Positions 28,213-37,051 of a DNA stretch of 64,000 nt are shown here, piece after piece. Below the pieces are notes generated by a model. The model searched no databases, had not been told where the DNA came from, and saw only the letters and a list, made by a program, of their open reading frames with translations. The DNA lies in NCBI GenBank assembly GCA_964562405.1, contig CAZLTC010000001.1, positions 252 to 64,251 on the forward strand. The letters run 5' to 3'. Each line of letters starts with the position of its first letter. Positions within the stretch are counted from its first letter, which is position 1. Made by a program: the position numbers and the translations under genes. Source of the stretch: an uncultured bacterium. Its GTDB lineage: Bacteria > Joyebacterota > Joyebacteria > Joyebacterales > Joyebacteraceae.

Positions 28213-30678
28213 CTATCTCACAAGCACCATCTTCCGCGTCTTGACGCCGCTCGCGGTCTCCAGCCTCAGGAAGTAAACGCCGGAACCGACATCCTCGCCG
28301 CGGTCGTCGGTGCCGCGCCACGTGAGCGAGTGCGGTCCTTCCTCGCGCGGTCCGTCCACGAGCACGCGCACGAGCCTCCCCGCCGCGTCGTAGACGGCCA
28401 GTCTCACGTCCGATGGCTCGGGCAGCGAGAACGAGATGGTCGCCGCCGGGTTGAACGGATTCGGGCGGACGGGCTCGAGCCTCACGGCATCGACGGTCTC
28501 ACTCGAGTCGATGTCGCTCGCGGTGTAGTTGAGAGCCCACAGCTCGACGTCGTCGATGTTCCAGCCGCAGTATCTCCACCCACCGTCGGTCTCGCCCATC
28601 GTCCACCGCACGTAGACGGAGCCCTCGTTGTCGGCTATGTCGGAGATGTCGTAGCTGACCTGGGTCCACGCGCCGTCCGAGACGGTGTCGGTGTTCTCCC
28701 ACACGGTCACCCAGTTCGCTCCGTCCGTGCTCACTCGCACGTACGCGTGGTCGTAGTTCGCGTCCTCGACGCCCAGCCAGCGCCAGAAGATCAAGCGCAC
28801 GCCGGCGAGGCCGGTGCAGTCGATTGCGCCTGTTGTCAGGTGAGTCTCGGAAAGCCAGTTCGGATAGTCGCCGGACAGGTTGTAACCGTAGACGTTCGCG
28901 CCAGTGTGCCCGCTCGTCGGGTCGGGCGCCCCGTTCTCGCCTCCACCGCCCGTCGGCTGCCCGTAGGCCCACTGCCCCCCGGTCGTCCAGCCGGGGTCGG
29001 ACGCCATCGTCCACTCGCGCCGGAGCGTCCTCTCGCCGACGAAGAGCTTGAACGTGCGCGTGGCGTCGCCGAGATGGTGCGAGAGGTCGGTGAATTGCAG
29101 CGTCGCCTCATACGCGCCTTCCGCAAGAAGCTCCGCAGCGGCGTTAGGGGTTGCGACGACCTCTCCCGTGACACCGCCGGGCAGTGTGCCACCCGTGTCG
29201 CCCGAGAGCGTCAGCCACGTGCACGATGCATCAAGAGTGACCTCGTAGTCGGTCGCTCCTCCTTCGTAGGTGAACTCGAAGCTCGCCCCGGCGGGCGAGA
29301 AGGGGCCGCCTACCGGTCCTTCCGAGCCCGCGGCTCCGTCGGGCTCCACGCGGAGGCCGGCGTTGTTTGTGAGCGCCTTGATGCAGAAGTTGGCGGTCGG
29401 ATCGAATGTCGTGAGGTCGACCCATCCGCCGCCGTCCCGGTAGTAGCTCTCGCCCGGGCTCGCGGACGACTCGACGATCGTGCGGTAGCTTGCGCCGAGG
29501 AGCACCGGCACGTCGGACGTCGCGTCGTAGGGCTGACCGCCGCGCGAGAGACTAACGTAGACGTAGAAGTCGTCGCCCTCGGTCACGATCACGGGCGCGT
29601 CGAGGTCGACCGTGTGAAACCCACGGAACTCGAAGCTCCCGCTCTGCGTGGTCAGCTGGTCCACGAGCGCGCCACCCTCGAACCCGCCGTAGACGGCGAT
29701 CGTGTAGTCGACGCTGTCGGCGGCCGTGAAGAAGCTGACGGCGTTCACGAACTCGCCCGACTGTGAGACGAACGCGTTCATGGCCTCCTCCACGTCAGTC
29801 ATCGTCTCACGCCACCCGTGGTAGTCGTGGTAGTAGACGTGGTCGTAGCGCATCGGCTCGACGTCAACGAACGACACCGCTCCCATGAACGGCTCCTGAC
29901 CGCACCACTTGTCATAGTAGGAGATCCAGAAGTAGCCACTCTCGCCCCAGCTCGCGCCCCAGCTGTTCTTGATGAGCCACGCGCCGGGGTGTGGAGCCGG
30001 CGTGATCTTGGCGTCGTCCCATCCGACTATCGCGACGGCATGGTTGGGCGGCGTCGAACTCGTCGGCGGCTGGTAGTGGATGTAGTTGCTGATGAACTGA
30101 CTCTCGTAGTCGAGGCAGGTCCCCACGACGCCTTGCGTCATCACCGCTTCCTTGATGGTGTCGATGTTCGAGAGGTCGGGCCCAGCGACGTGCCACTCGA
30201 CGTGCCTGGGGTAGTAGTAGTGCCAACCCTGGCCTGACCTTTCCGGAGGGTTCGTATAGGACTGGCCGTCGACGTCGCGAACGGCGCCCTCGCCCCTCGA
30301 GAGATAGGCCGTGGCGACGAGGTAGTCGCCGCCCTGGTGCACGACGAGTCCCGAGCCCGCGGGCGGCTCGATGTCGTCGTTGTTGTGTTCGTTGAAGCCG
30401 TTCCACCAGTCCAGATGGTACTCGGCGAGGTTGGGTTCCCCGGACTCACCGTTCGCTTCCCAGGCGCCCGTCATGAGCAGGTTGCCCTCGATCGACGCCA
30501 TCGTGCCGTGCGTCCAGCAGGTGCCTCCGGTCTGCGACTTGACCGAGGTTACATAGTCCTCTCCACCGACGTCGCGCAGGTCGAACGAACTCGGGAGCTG
30601 GCAGGTCGCGAGTGACGGGGACAGGCCGAGGGCCGCCACGGCGGCAAGCGCCGACAGCGCTCGGGTGGCAGAGGGCAT
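28213..30678 (-). CDS. secreted papain-like (C1 family) cysteine peptidase with central beta-rich domains and a Por/T9SS-type C-terminal sorting domain
   Basis: Signal peptide. Active-site blocks QTGGTCWTHG (Gln/Cys), NHAVAIVGWDD (His) and NSWGASWGESGYFWISY (Asn/Trp). The C-terminal ~90 aa (NPFNPAATISFSLP...GVYFLRLE...) matches the Por_Secre_tail pattern. Confidence 0.8.
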   Translation of the reverse strand: MPSATRALSALAAVAALGLSPSLATCQLPSSFDLRDVGGEDYVTSVKSQTGGTCWTHGTMASIEGNLLMTGAWEANGESGEPNLAEYHLDWWNGFNEHNNDDIEPPAGSGLVVHQGGDYLVATAYLSRGEGAVRDVDGQSYTNPPERSGQGWHYYYPRHVEWHVAGPDLSNIDTIKEAVMTQGVVGTCLDYESQFISNYIHYQPPTSSTPPNHAVAIVGWDDAKITPAPHPGAWLIKNSWGASWGESGYFWISYYDKWCGQEPFMGAVSFVDVEPMRYDHVYYHDYHGWRETMTDVEEAMNAFVSQSGEFVNAVSFFTAADSVDYTIAVYGGFEGGALVDQLTTQSGSFEFRGFHTVDLDAPVIVTEGDDFYVYVSLSRGGQPYDATSDVPVLLGASYRTIVESSASPGESYYRDGGGWVDLTTFDPTANFCIKALTNNAGLRVEPDGAAGSEGPVGGPFSPAGASFEFTYEGGATDYEVTLDASCTWLTLSGDTGGTLPGGVTGEVVATPNAAAELLAEGAYEATLQFTDLSHHLGDATRTFKLFVGERTLRREWTMASDPGWTTGGQWAYGQPTGGGGENGAPDPTSGHTGANVYGYNLSGDYPNWLSETHLTTGAIDCTGLAGVRLIFWRWLGVEDANYDHAYVRVSTDGANWVTVWENTDTVSDGAWTQVSYDISDIADNEGSVYVRWTMGETDGGWRYCGWNIDDVELWALNYTASDIDSSETVDAVRLEPVRPNPFNPAATISFSLPEPSDVRLAVYDAAGRLVRVLVDGPREEGPHSLTWRGTDDRGEDVGSGVYFLRLETASGVKTRKMVLVR

Positions 30679-30860
30679 CGTCGTGCTCCTTCCTGGGGGT
30701 GTGGCCGGGGGGGAGTGTCACATCGGGCCCAAGGGAGCCACGTCCGGACCCGCGTCCAATCATACAGCCGGATGCGCGGCGAGGCAAGGGGATGGTCCCG
30801 GTTCGGCCCCGCACGGCGGGGCCGCCTGCCCGGATTCAACTCTGGCAGGAAGCGCTGCCG

Positions 30861-30896
30861 CGCAAGAGAACACCCCGCTCCCTGAGGAGCGGGGTG
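30861..30896 (-). terminator. intrinsic terminator downstream of the PPC-domain gene
   Basis: 11-bp perfect stem (CACCCCGCTCC / GGAGCGGGGTG) with loop CTGA. On the - strand it is followed by UUCUCUUG. Lies ~30 nt after the stop codon at 30926. Confidence 0.5.
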
Positions 30897-30925
30897 TCCG
30901 GTGTTCTGCGATCAGACGATGGGGC

Positions 30926-31972
30926 CTAGCGATACAGGGCCTTGATCGTCGTCCAGCTCGCGTCCTCGACCGGCGAGTACGCGCTGCCCTCGACCTCCAG
31001 TACATACTCGGTGCCGCAGGGGCACGCGCCCCAGTCGGCCGGCATGGCGGCAATCCACCAGGTGCCGGCGGTCAGGAACGAGCTGAACTCCTTCACGAAG
31101 TAGGCGTCGCTGATCGCGTAGTAGGTGAAGCTTGTGATCAGAGCGCAGTCGTCCGGGGCTATGAACCCGAATACCATCGGGTACCCGGAGCACATGCGAA
31201 GCGTTACCTGGGCGTCCTCAACCAGGACCACCTCGTACCAGTCGGTCTCGCGATAGGTGGACGTGCCGAACGCGTAGACGCCGGTCTCGCCGCAGATCGT
31301 CAGGACCGGAGCGGCCGGGATCGACTCGAAGACCGGCGGCGTGGAGTTGCAGCCGCCGTTGTAGACGTCGTCGTAGTCGGTGCCACAGGTCGGCTCGCCC
31401 TCGATGAAGGCGCCGGCCGGGCAAAGCGGCTGGCATGGCTCGGGGCATCCCGCATCGTAGATGTGGAGCTCATAGACGCCGGACTCGCCGCCGTAGCCGT
31501 CGACCACGATGTAGTAGTTGTTGCCTGCGGCCAGGTACAGGCCCTCCAGCTTGGACCTGAAGGCGAGCGCGCAGCCGGAGAAGTCGTCGTTGCACGCGTA
31601 CGGCGCACCGGGCGTGTACATGTTCTCGTACACGTAGACCTTCGTGTCGTAGCCCGAGTTGCACAGGTCGATGTCGACGCAGATGTCATCCTCGGGGGTG
31701 AAGACGTAGACGACGTCCGGAGACGTCGAGCCCGTGTACGTGCACACCTCGTCGTAATCGTCGATGTTGTCCGACGTGTCGCCGGTGTCGTCGAACGGCA
31801 GCGCGGGAATGACCCACGCGGTGGCGATCGTCTCTCCGCCTTCTCTGCCGTCTCCGGGAGCGTTGCTGGGAACCGGCTTCTTCGCTTCGAGCTTGTTCGT
31901 AACGGGAACTGCCGCGCTGCATGCCATCGCGGCCACGAACAGCAGAACCAGAGCTATGGTAGCGAACTTCAT
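30926..31972 (-). CDS. secreted cysteine-rich protein with a pre-peptidase C-terminal (PPC)-like domain
   Basis: Signal peptide MKFATIALVLLFVAAMACSAA and more than 18 cysteines. PPC-like pattern (DVVYVF...DIDL...TKVYVYEN...YYIVVDGYGG...YELHIY). Lies directly upstream of, and co-directional with, the C1 peptidase. Confidence 0.6.
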   Translation of the reverse strand: MKFATIALVLLFVAAMACSAAVPVTNKLEAKKPVPSNAPGDGREGGETIATAWVIPALPFDDTGDTSDNIDDYDEVCTYTGSTSPDVVYVFTPEDDICVDIDLCNSGYDTKVYVYENMYTPGAPYACNDDFSGCALAFRSKLEGLYLAAGNNYYIVVDGYGGESGVYELHIYDAGCPEPCQPLCPAGAFIEGEPTCGTDYDDVYNGGCNSTPPVFESIPAAPVLTICGETGVYAFGTSTYRETDWYEVVLVEDAQVTLRMCSGYPMVFGFIAPDDCALITSFTYYAISDAYFVKEFSSFLTAGTWWIAAMPADWGACPCGTEYVLEVEGSAYSPVEDASWTTIKALYR

Positions 31973-32160
31973 TGCCAGCCTCCTATCGTCGTGCAGGCGG
32001 TACACAAACTGGACACCACTGACAGCGCCAGCAGTCGATGAGCGTCATCGCCTCCTTTCCGGAACCGGTCCGCGCGGGGTTGCCAGTGGCAACCCGAATG
32101 TGGCAGTCTATTCGCTCGAGTTCGTCTCTGGTCGGCTGATGAGGACGCTCAAGCGAAACG

Positions 32161-33642
32161 GTGGGCGAATGGGACGGTACTGCAGCTCTCCCTCGTGTGT
32201 CAAGCGCGTGTTCCGCGCTCGCCCCGAAGAATGGCCGAACGGAAACTCAATCTCTGGACGCTGACCGCGCATTCGTGAATCAGCCTGCGCGATTGGAGAA
32301 AGCGCTCGTGAGAGACGGGACCGGCGAGGTGACTGGAGTCACCACAGATCTGCAGCCGCCGCGGCGACTCAGTGAGGCGGCCCGGGCGTGGTGCCTGTAC
32401 GACTGGGCCAACTCCGCGTTCGTGACGACGGTCACGGCCGCTCTGTTCCCGCCGTTCTTTCGCTCTCTCGCCACTGCGGCGGGCTTGAGCGCGAGCCGCG
32501 CGACGGCCTACTGGGGCTACACCTCCTCCGCGGCGCTCCTTCTCATAGCTCTCGTGGCGCCCCTGCTCGGGGCCACCGCCGACCACACGGGCGGCCGGAA
32601 GCGGTACATGGCGGCCTTTGCGGGGCTCGGGATCGTATTCACGGCGTCGTTCTTCCTGATCGGCGAGGGCGCCTGGCAGCTCGCCTCGGCCCTCTATGTG
32701 GTGGCGGCGTTCGGATTCGCCGGGGCCAACGTGTTCTACGACTCGTTTCTGCCTCACGTTGCGGCCCCGCCGGACGTCGACCGAGTCTCTGCCACCGGCT
32801 TCGCGCTGGGGTATCTGGGCGGCGGCGTGCTGCTCATTCTGAACGTGCTCTGGGTCTCCCGTCCGGGCCTGTTCGGCATGCCCGGCACCGGGTTCGCCGT
32901 TCGAGCCTCGTTCGTGAGCGTGGCCGTCTGGTGGGCGCTCTTCTCTATACCGTTCTTCAGGTTCGTTCCGGAGCCGGGAGTCGCCCGGCGCGCGGGCAGC
33001 CACCTTCCCGCCCTGCTGGAGGGACTCTCGCGCCTTGTCGGCACGGTGAGACAGGTGAAGCGGTACCGTCAGCTGAGCCTCTTCCTGGTCGCGTTCTGGA
33101 TCTACACCGACGGCGTGGGGACCATCATCCGCATGGCCACCGCATACGGAAGCGAGATAGGGATCGGCATGACCGACATGGTCATCGCGCTCATCGTCAC
33201 GCAGATCGTCGGCATCCCGTGCACCATGATCTTCGCCCGGCTCGCGCGGCTGATCGGCGCCAAGCGCTCCATCCTGCTGACTCTGGGCGTCTACACGGTC
33301 GTCGCGCTGTCGGCTTACCACATGAAGACGGCCGCGCACTTCTACGCCCTCGCGTTCTCCGTCGCTACCGTTCAGGGCGGCTGCCAGGCTCTGAGCCGCT
33401 CTCTGTTCGCCAGGATGGTCCCGAAGGGAAGCACGTCCGAGTTCTTCGGCTTCTACAGCACAAGCTCCAAGTTCGCGGGCGTCTTCGGACCCCTCGTCTT
33501 CGGGCTCTTGACTCACGCCACAGGGCAGAGCCGGCTCGGGATAGTCTCCGTCGTGGCGTTCTTTCTGGTAGGGGCGGCGGTCCTGTCGCGCGTCAACGTG
33601 GAGGAGGCCGAGATGGCGGCCGATCGTCCCCTTCGTGTATAA
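32161..33642 (+). CDS. MFS transporter, UMF1 (Atg22-like) family
   Basis: Conserved N-terminal WCLYDWANSAF block and ~12 transmembrane segments. The true start may be the in-frame GTG at 32308. Confidence 0.75.
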   Translation: MGEWDGTAALPRVSSACSALAPKNGRTETQSLDADRAFVNQPARLEKALVRDGTGEVTGVTTDLQPPRRLSEAARAWCLYDWANSAFVTTVTAALFPPFFRSLATAAGLSASRATAYWGYTSSAALLLIALVAPLLGATADHTGGRKRYMAAFAGLGIVFTASFFLIGEGAWQLASALYVVAAFGFAGANVFYDSFLPHVAAPPDVDRVSATGFALGYLGGGVLLILNVLWVSRPGLFGMPGTGFAVRASFVSVAVWWALFSIPFFRFVPEPGVARRAGSHLPALLEGLSRLVGTVRQVKRYRQLSLFLVAFWIYTDGVGTIIRMATAYGSEIGIGMTDMVIALIVTQIVGIPCTMIFARLARLIGAKRSILLTLGVYTVVALSAYHMKTAAHFYALAFSVATVQGGCQALSRSLFARMVPKGSTSEFFGFYSTSSKFAGVFGPLVFGLLTHATGQSRLGIVSVVAFFLVGAAVLSRVNVEEAEMAADRPLRV

Positions 33643-33679
33643 TGTCGCCGTCCTGAGGCTTGGCGAAAGGAGCGATCAC

Positions 33680-34270
33680 ATGATACGCGACATGCCGCGC
33701 GCGGTCCGGAAGCGAATACGCTTTCTCGAGGAGCTGGGCGCGAGCCAGAAGCGCGACGACATGCTGTCCTACGACAGACTCCGGCAGGTTCCGCCCGCCA
33801 CCGGGCGGTTCCTGGCTATCCTGGCGTTCGCCGCGCCCGAGGGGCGCTGGATAGAGGTCGGAACGAGCGGCGGGTACTCCGCCCTGTGGCTGAGCCTCGC
33901 GGCAAGGGAGAGGGGAGCGGGCATCACGACGTTCGAGATCTCCGAGAAGAAGGCGGAGCTGGCCCGCGAGTCGTTCAGGACCGCAGGTGTCGAGGACGTC
34001 GTGACCATGGTAGTCGGCGACGCCGTGGAGCACCTCGGGGATTGCTCCAACATCGCGTTCTGCTTCCTGGACACCGAGAAGGACCTCTACGGCCCCTGCT
34101 ACGATCTGACGGTGCCGAGGATGGTGACCGGCGGCATCCTGGCCGCCGACAACGTCATCAGCCACGAGGAGGTCTTGAGACCTTGGACCGAGGCCGCGCT
34201 CGGGGACCCCCGCGTGGATGCGGTGGTCGTGCCCGTGGGGTCAGGCGTCCTGGTCGCAAGGAAGATCTAA
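33680..34270 (+). CDS. class I SAM-dependent O-methyltransferase (family 3, caffeoyl-CoA OMT-like)
   Basis: Methyltransf_3-like blocks (IEVGTSGGYSALWL, FCFLDTEKDLY, GGILAADNV). AAGGAG RBS. Confidence 0.75.
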   Translation: MIRDMPRAVRKRIRFLEELGASQKRDDMLSYDRLRQVPPATGRFLAILAFAAPEGRWIEVGTSGGYSALWLSLAARERGAGITTFEISEKKAELARESFRTAGVEDVVTMVVGDAVEHLGDCSNIAFCFLDTEKDLYGPCYDLTVPRMVTGGILAADNVISHEEVLRPWTEAALGDPRVDAVVVPVGSGVLVARKI

Positions 34271-34314
34271 CCCGGCGGTCGGACGCAGCCGGCGTCCGGA
34301 TCGGAGCCCTGCCC

Positions 34315-34737
34315 ATGCGCATCACTAGGGCGATCTCAATAGACGAACGTGAACTCAAGGAAGAGTTCGTGCGGGCTTCCGGACCCGGCGGGCAGAACGT
34401 GAACAAGGTCGCCACGGCCGTCCAGCTTCGCTTCGACGTGCGCAGGTCACCGTCGCTTCCGGAGGACGTTCGCGAGCGACTGCTGAAGCTGGGCGGCAGG
34501 CGCGTCACCAGAGACGGTGTCCTCGTGATAGACGCGCGCCGCTACAGAACCCAGGAGCGCAACCGGAAGGACGCGAGGGACCGTTTTGTCGCGCTCGTCA
34601 AGCGGGCGGCTGAGAGGCCGCGGAAGCGCCGCGCGACGAAGCCTACGCGAGCTTCGGTGGAGCGCAGGATGTGCGAGAAACGCAGGCTCGGGGACAAGAA
34701 ACGTCGACGCGAGCGCGTCAGGCGCGAGGATGAGTGA
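34315..34737 (+). CDS. arfB: alternative ribosome-rescue factor ArfB (peptidyl-tRNA hydrolase, ICT1/YaeJ family)
   Basis: GGQ motif (ASGPGGQNVNKVATAVQLRFD) and a basic C-terminal tail (KRRATKPTRASVERRMCEKRRLGDKKRRRE). 140 aa from the ATG at 34315. Confidence 0.85.
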   Translation: MRITRAISIDERELKEEFVRASGPGGQNVNKVATAVQLRFDVRRSPSLPEDVRERLLKLGGRRVTRDGVLVIDARRYRTQERNRKDARDRFVALVKRAAERPRKRRATKPTRASVERRMCEKRRLGDKKRRRERVRREDE

Positions 34738-34796
34738 CGCGGGTTCGCGAAGGAACCGCGTCCCGGCTATCGTGACGCGGCTGAGGGTGATGAACC

Positions 34797-35582
34797 ATGT
34801 CACAGGAGACGATCAACAGAGCGACATACGAGTCTCCCAGTATCGTGTCCCTCTACTGCTCCGGGCCGATCCAGTGCGCCGAGCTGCGCGCGCTCGTGAC
34901 CTACAGAGACGACTACTGGGGCAAGAGGGTGCTCGACATCGGGGTCGGGGCGGGCCGCACGACCGAGTTCATGCGCACGCTCAACGTCGACTACATCGGC
35001 GTCGACTACTCCGAGGGGATGATCAGGCAGTGCGGGACGAGGTTCCCTGACGCCCGATGTGTGCACTGCGACGCGCGGGACATGAGTTGCTTTGGCGAAC
35101 GCTCGTTTGAGTTCGTCGTGTTCTCCAACAACGGGCTGGACTGTCTTGTACACGAGGACAGGCTGCTCGCTCTTCGCGAGATTGACCGAGTGCTCAAGGC
35201 GGGCGGTCTCTTCCTGTTCTCAACGCACAACCGGGACTACAGACACGCGCGCTCGGAGCCGCGGCTGACGCTCTCGCTCGATCCACTGCGACAGGCGAGG
35301 TTTCTCTACAGACACCTGAGGAGACTCCGCAACCGCACGCAGAACCGGAGACACGAGCGCTTCGAGGACGACTACTGGATACTCAACGACAGCTCCCACC
35401 TGTACTCGCTGCTCACGTACTACATCAGCGTCCCCACGCAGGTGCGGCAGCTGTCGGATGCGGGGTTCCTGGCGCTCGAGGCTCTGGGCTGGGACGGCAT
35501 GCCCTTGCCTCTGGATGCGCTCGACCGCGACAGCTCATGGATATACTACGTCGCCAGGAAACGCGAGGACGCGGCTAAGTAG
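34797..35582 (+). CDS. class I SAM-dependent methyltransferase
   Basis: Motif I VLDIGVGAGRTT and post-I acidic D (VDYSEGM). Methyltransf_11/25-like. Confidence 0.7.
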   Translation: MSQETINRATYESPSIVSLYCSGPIQCAELRALVTYRDDYWGKRVLDIGVGAGRTTEFMRTLNVDYIGVDYSEGMIRQCGTRFPDARCVHCDARDMSCFGERSFEFVVFSNNGLDCLVHEDRLLALREIDRVLKAGGLFLFSTHNRDYRHARSEPRLTLSLDPLRQARFLYRHLRRLRNRTQNRRHERFEDDYWILNDSSHLYSLLTYYISVPTQVRQLSDAGFLALEALGWDGMPLPLDALDRDSSWIYYVARKREDAAK

Positions 35583-35745
35583 GGAGGGTTTGACGCCCCT
35601 CGCGGCCCTGCTCTGCACACGTTCGACCTCCCTCAGGTCCCGACGCTTCGGACGGCGGCGGCACATCGGATCCCCTGACGTGCTATACTGCACTGGTCCC
35701 ACGACCGGTCATCCTGCAAGCGCGCACCCGAGAGAGGACACCGAC

Positions 35746-36480
35746 TTGGATCCGAAGCGCGACGCGTTCGGGCACATGCTGCTCGACTACCACGAAGGCG
35801 ATCTCTCGGGGAGGGAGATCGTCGAGCGTGACGACGGGTACTTCGACGTCTCGAGCGGACCGGGCTCCTACTTCACGAGCCACAGGGACTGGCCGCCGCA
35901 CGAGAAGGAAGCGATGCGGCTGGTCAAGGGCAGAGTGCTCGACATCGGGTGCGGCGCCGGGAGGCACTCGATCTACCTCCAGGGCAAGGGCTTCGACGTC
36001 ACCGGCATCGACGTTTCACCGCTGGCCATCGAGGTCTGCGAAGCGCGTGGGCTCAGGCAGGCCGAGGTCGTGTCGGTGACACGGCTCGGTCCCTCGCTGG
36101 GCGTCTTCGACACGCTCCTCATGATGTGCAACAACTTCGGCCTCTTCGGGACCCCCGAGCGGGCGCGCTGGCTGCTCCGCAGGTTCAAGAGGCTCACCAG
36201 CGACGAGGCGCGGATCATCGCATCGAGCACGCACGTCTACCAGACGACGAGCCCGTTCCACCTCGCGTACCACCGCCTGAACCGGAAGCGAGGCCGCATG
36301 GCCGGGCAGCTCAGGCTGCGCGTGAGGCACAGAACGTACGCGACACCCTGGTTCGATTACCTTCTGGTGTCTCAGCCCGAGATGCGCGAGCTGCTCGAGG
36401 GGACGGGGTGGCACGTCGAGCGCTTCCTCGAGTCGGGCGGCGCATCGTACATCGCCGTAGTAGAAAAGGACCGGGTCTGA
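35746..36480 (+). CDS. class I SAM-dependent methyltransferase
   Basis: Motif I VLDIGCGAGRHSIYL. TTG at 35746 (ATG at 35776 is the alternative). The upstream part of the track ORF is a non-coding extension. Confidence 0.65.
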   Translation: MDPKRDAFGHMLLDYHEGDLSGREIVERDDGYFDVSSGPGSYFTSHRDWPPHEKEAMRLVKGRVLDIGCGAGRHSIYLQGKGFDVTGIDVSPLAIEVCEARGLRQAEVVSVTRLGPSLGVFDTLLMMCNNFGLFGTPERARWLLRRFKRLTSDEARIIASSTHVYQTTSPFHLAYHRLNRKRGRMAGQLRLRVRHRTYATPWFDYLLVSQPEMRELLEGTGWHVERFLESGGASYIAVVEKDRV

Positions 36481-36491
36481 AGGAGGTGCGC

Positions 36492-36953
36492 ATGGCCGCC
36501 GGTCGCGTGGAGGAGATCTACATCTCCGGTACCGGAGGCGCCCCGATGGAGCGCCTGAAGCAGGTCGAGGCCATCGAGGGAAAGGGGCTCAAGGGCGACC
36601 GCTACGCCGCGGGAGAGGGCTACTGGTCCGGCATCGACGAGTGCCAGGTCACGCTGATCGAGGGCGAGGTGGTCGACGACATCGACGCCGGGACCGATGT
36701 CCGGATCGCACATGGGGAGCACCGCCGCAACATCATCACACGCGGCGTCAGCCTGAGAGAGCTGTCGGGCCGCCGATTCTCAGTTGGGGAAGTCGTGCTG
36801 GAGTTCGACCGCCCGCGGCCGCCGTGCCGGTACATCGAGACGCTCACGCAGAGTGGCATGATGGCCGCGTTGTCAGGATGGCGTGGAGGTATCTGCGCGA
36901 GGGTCGTGAAGGGCGGGGTCATCGCGGAGGGAGACGTTGTTGAGGTCGTCTGA
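36492..36953 (+). CDS. MOSC-domain protein
   Basis: MOSC beta-barrel with the conserved cysteine context (RPRPPCRYIE). AGGAGG RBS before the ATG at 36492. Confidence 0.7.
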   Translation: MAAGRVEEIYISGTGGAPMERLKQVEAIEGKGLKGDRYAAGEGYWSGIDECQVTLIEGEVVDDIDAGTDVRIAHGEHRRNIITRGVSLRELSGRRFSVGEVVLEFDRPRPPCRYIETLTQSGMMAALSGWRGGICARVVKGGVIAEGDVVEVV

Positions 36954-37051
36954 ATGAGGAGGAGCTTCGCAGCGGAGCCGTCGTCGACCCGCGCATGCGC
37001 GCGTTCTACGAGAAGTTCGGAGCGCTCTAGAGAGAAGAGGGGGATCGCACG

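Noticed and set aside
26516-28321. 601-aa - strand ORF and other long antisense frames (11888-13513, 28330-29766, 8052-9152, 10782-12101, 3182-3904)
   Set aside because: All overlap strongly supported genes on the opposite strand, and their translations are compositionally biased (R/A/P/G-rich) without motifs.
33886-34737. 283-aa + strand ORF spanning the O-methyltransferase 3' half and arfB
   Set aside because: Only the last 140 codons, from the ATG at 34315, match ArfB (GGQ motif). The upstream part is an out-of-frame overlap with the methyltransferase, kept open by GC bias. It is not an N-terminal extension or a fusion.
35458-35745. N-terminal 96-codon extension of the third methyltransferase ORF
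   Set aside because: It overlaps the preceding methyltransferase gene in another frame, has an Arg/Ser/Thr-rich composition and no RBS. The start was reassigned to TTG 35746 or ATG 35776.
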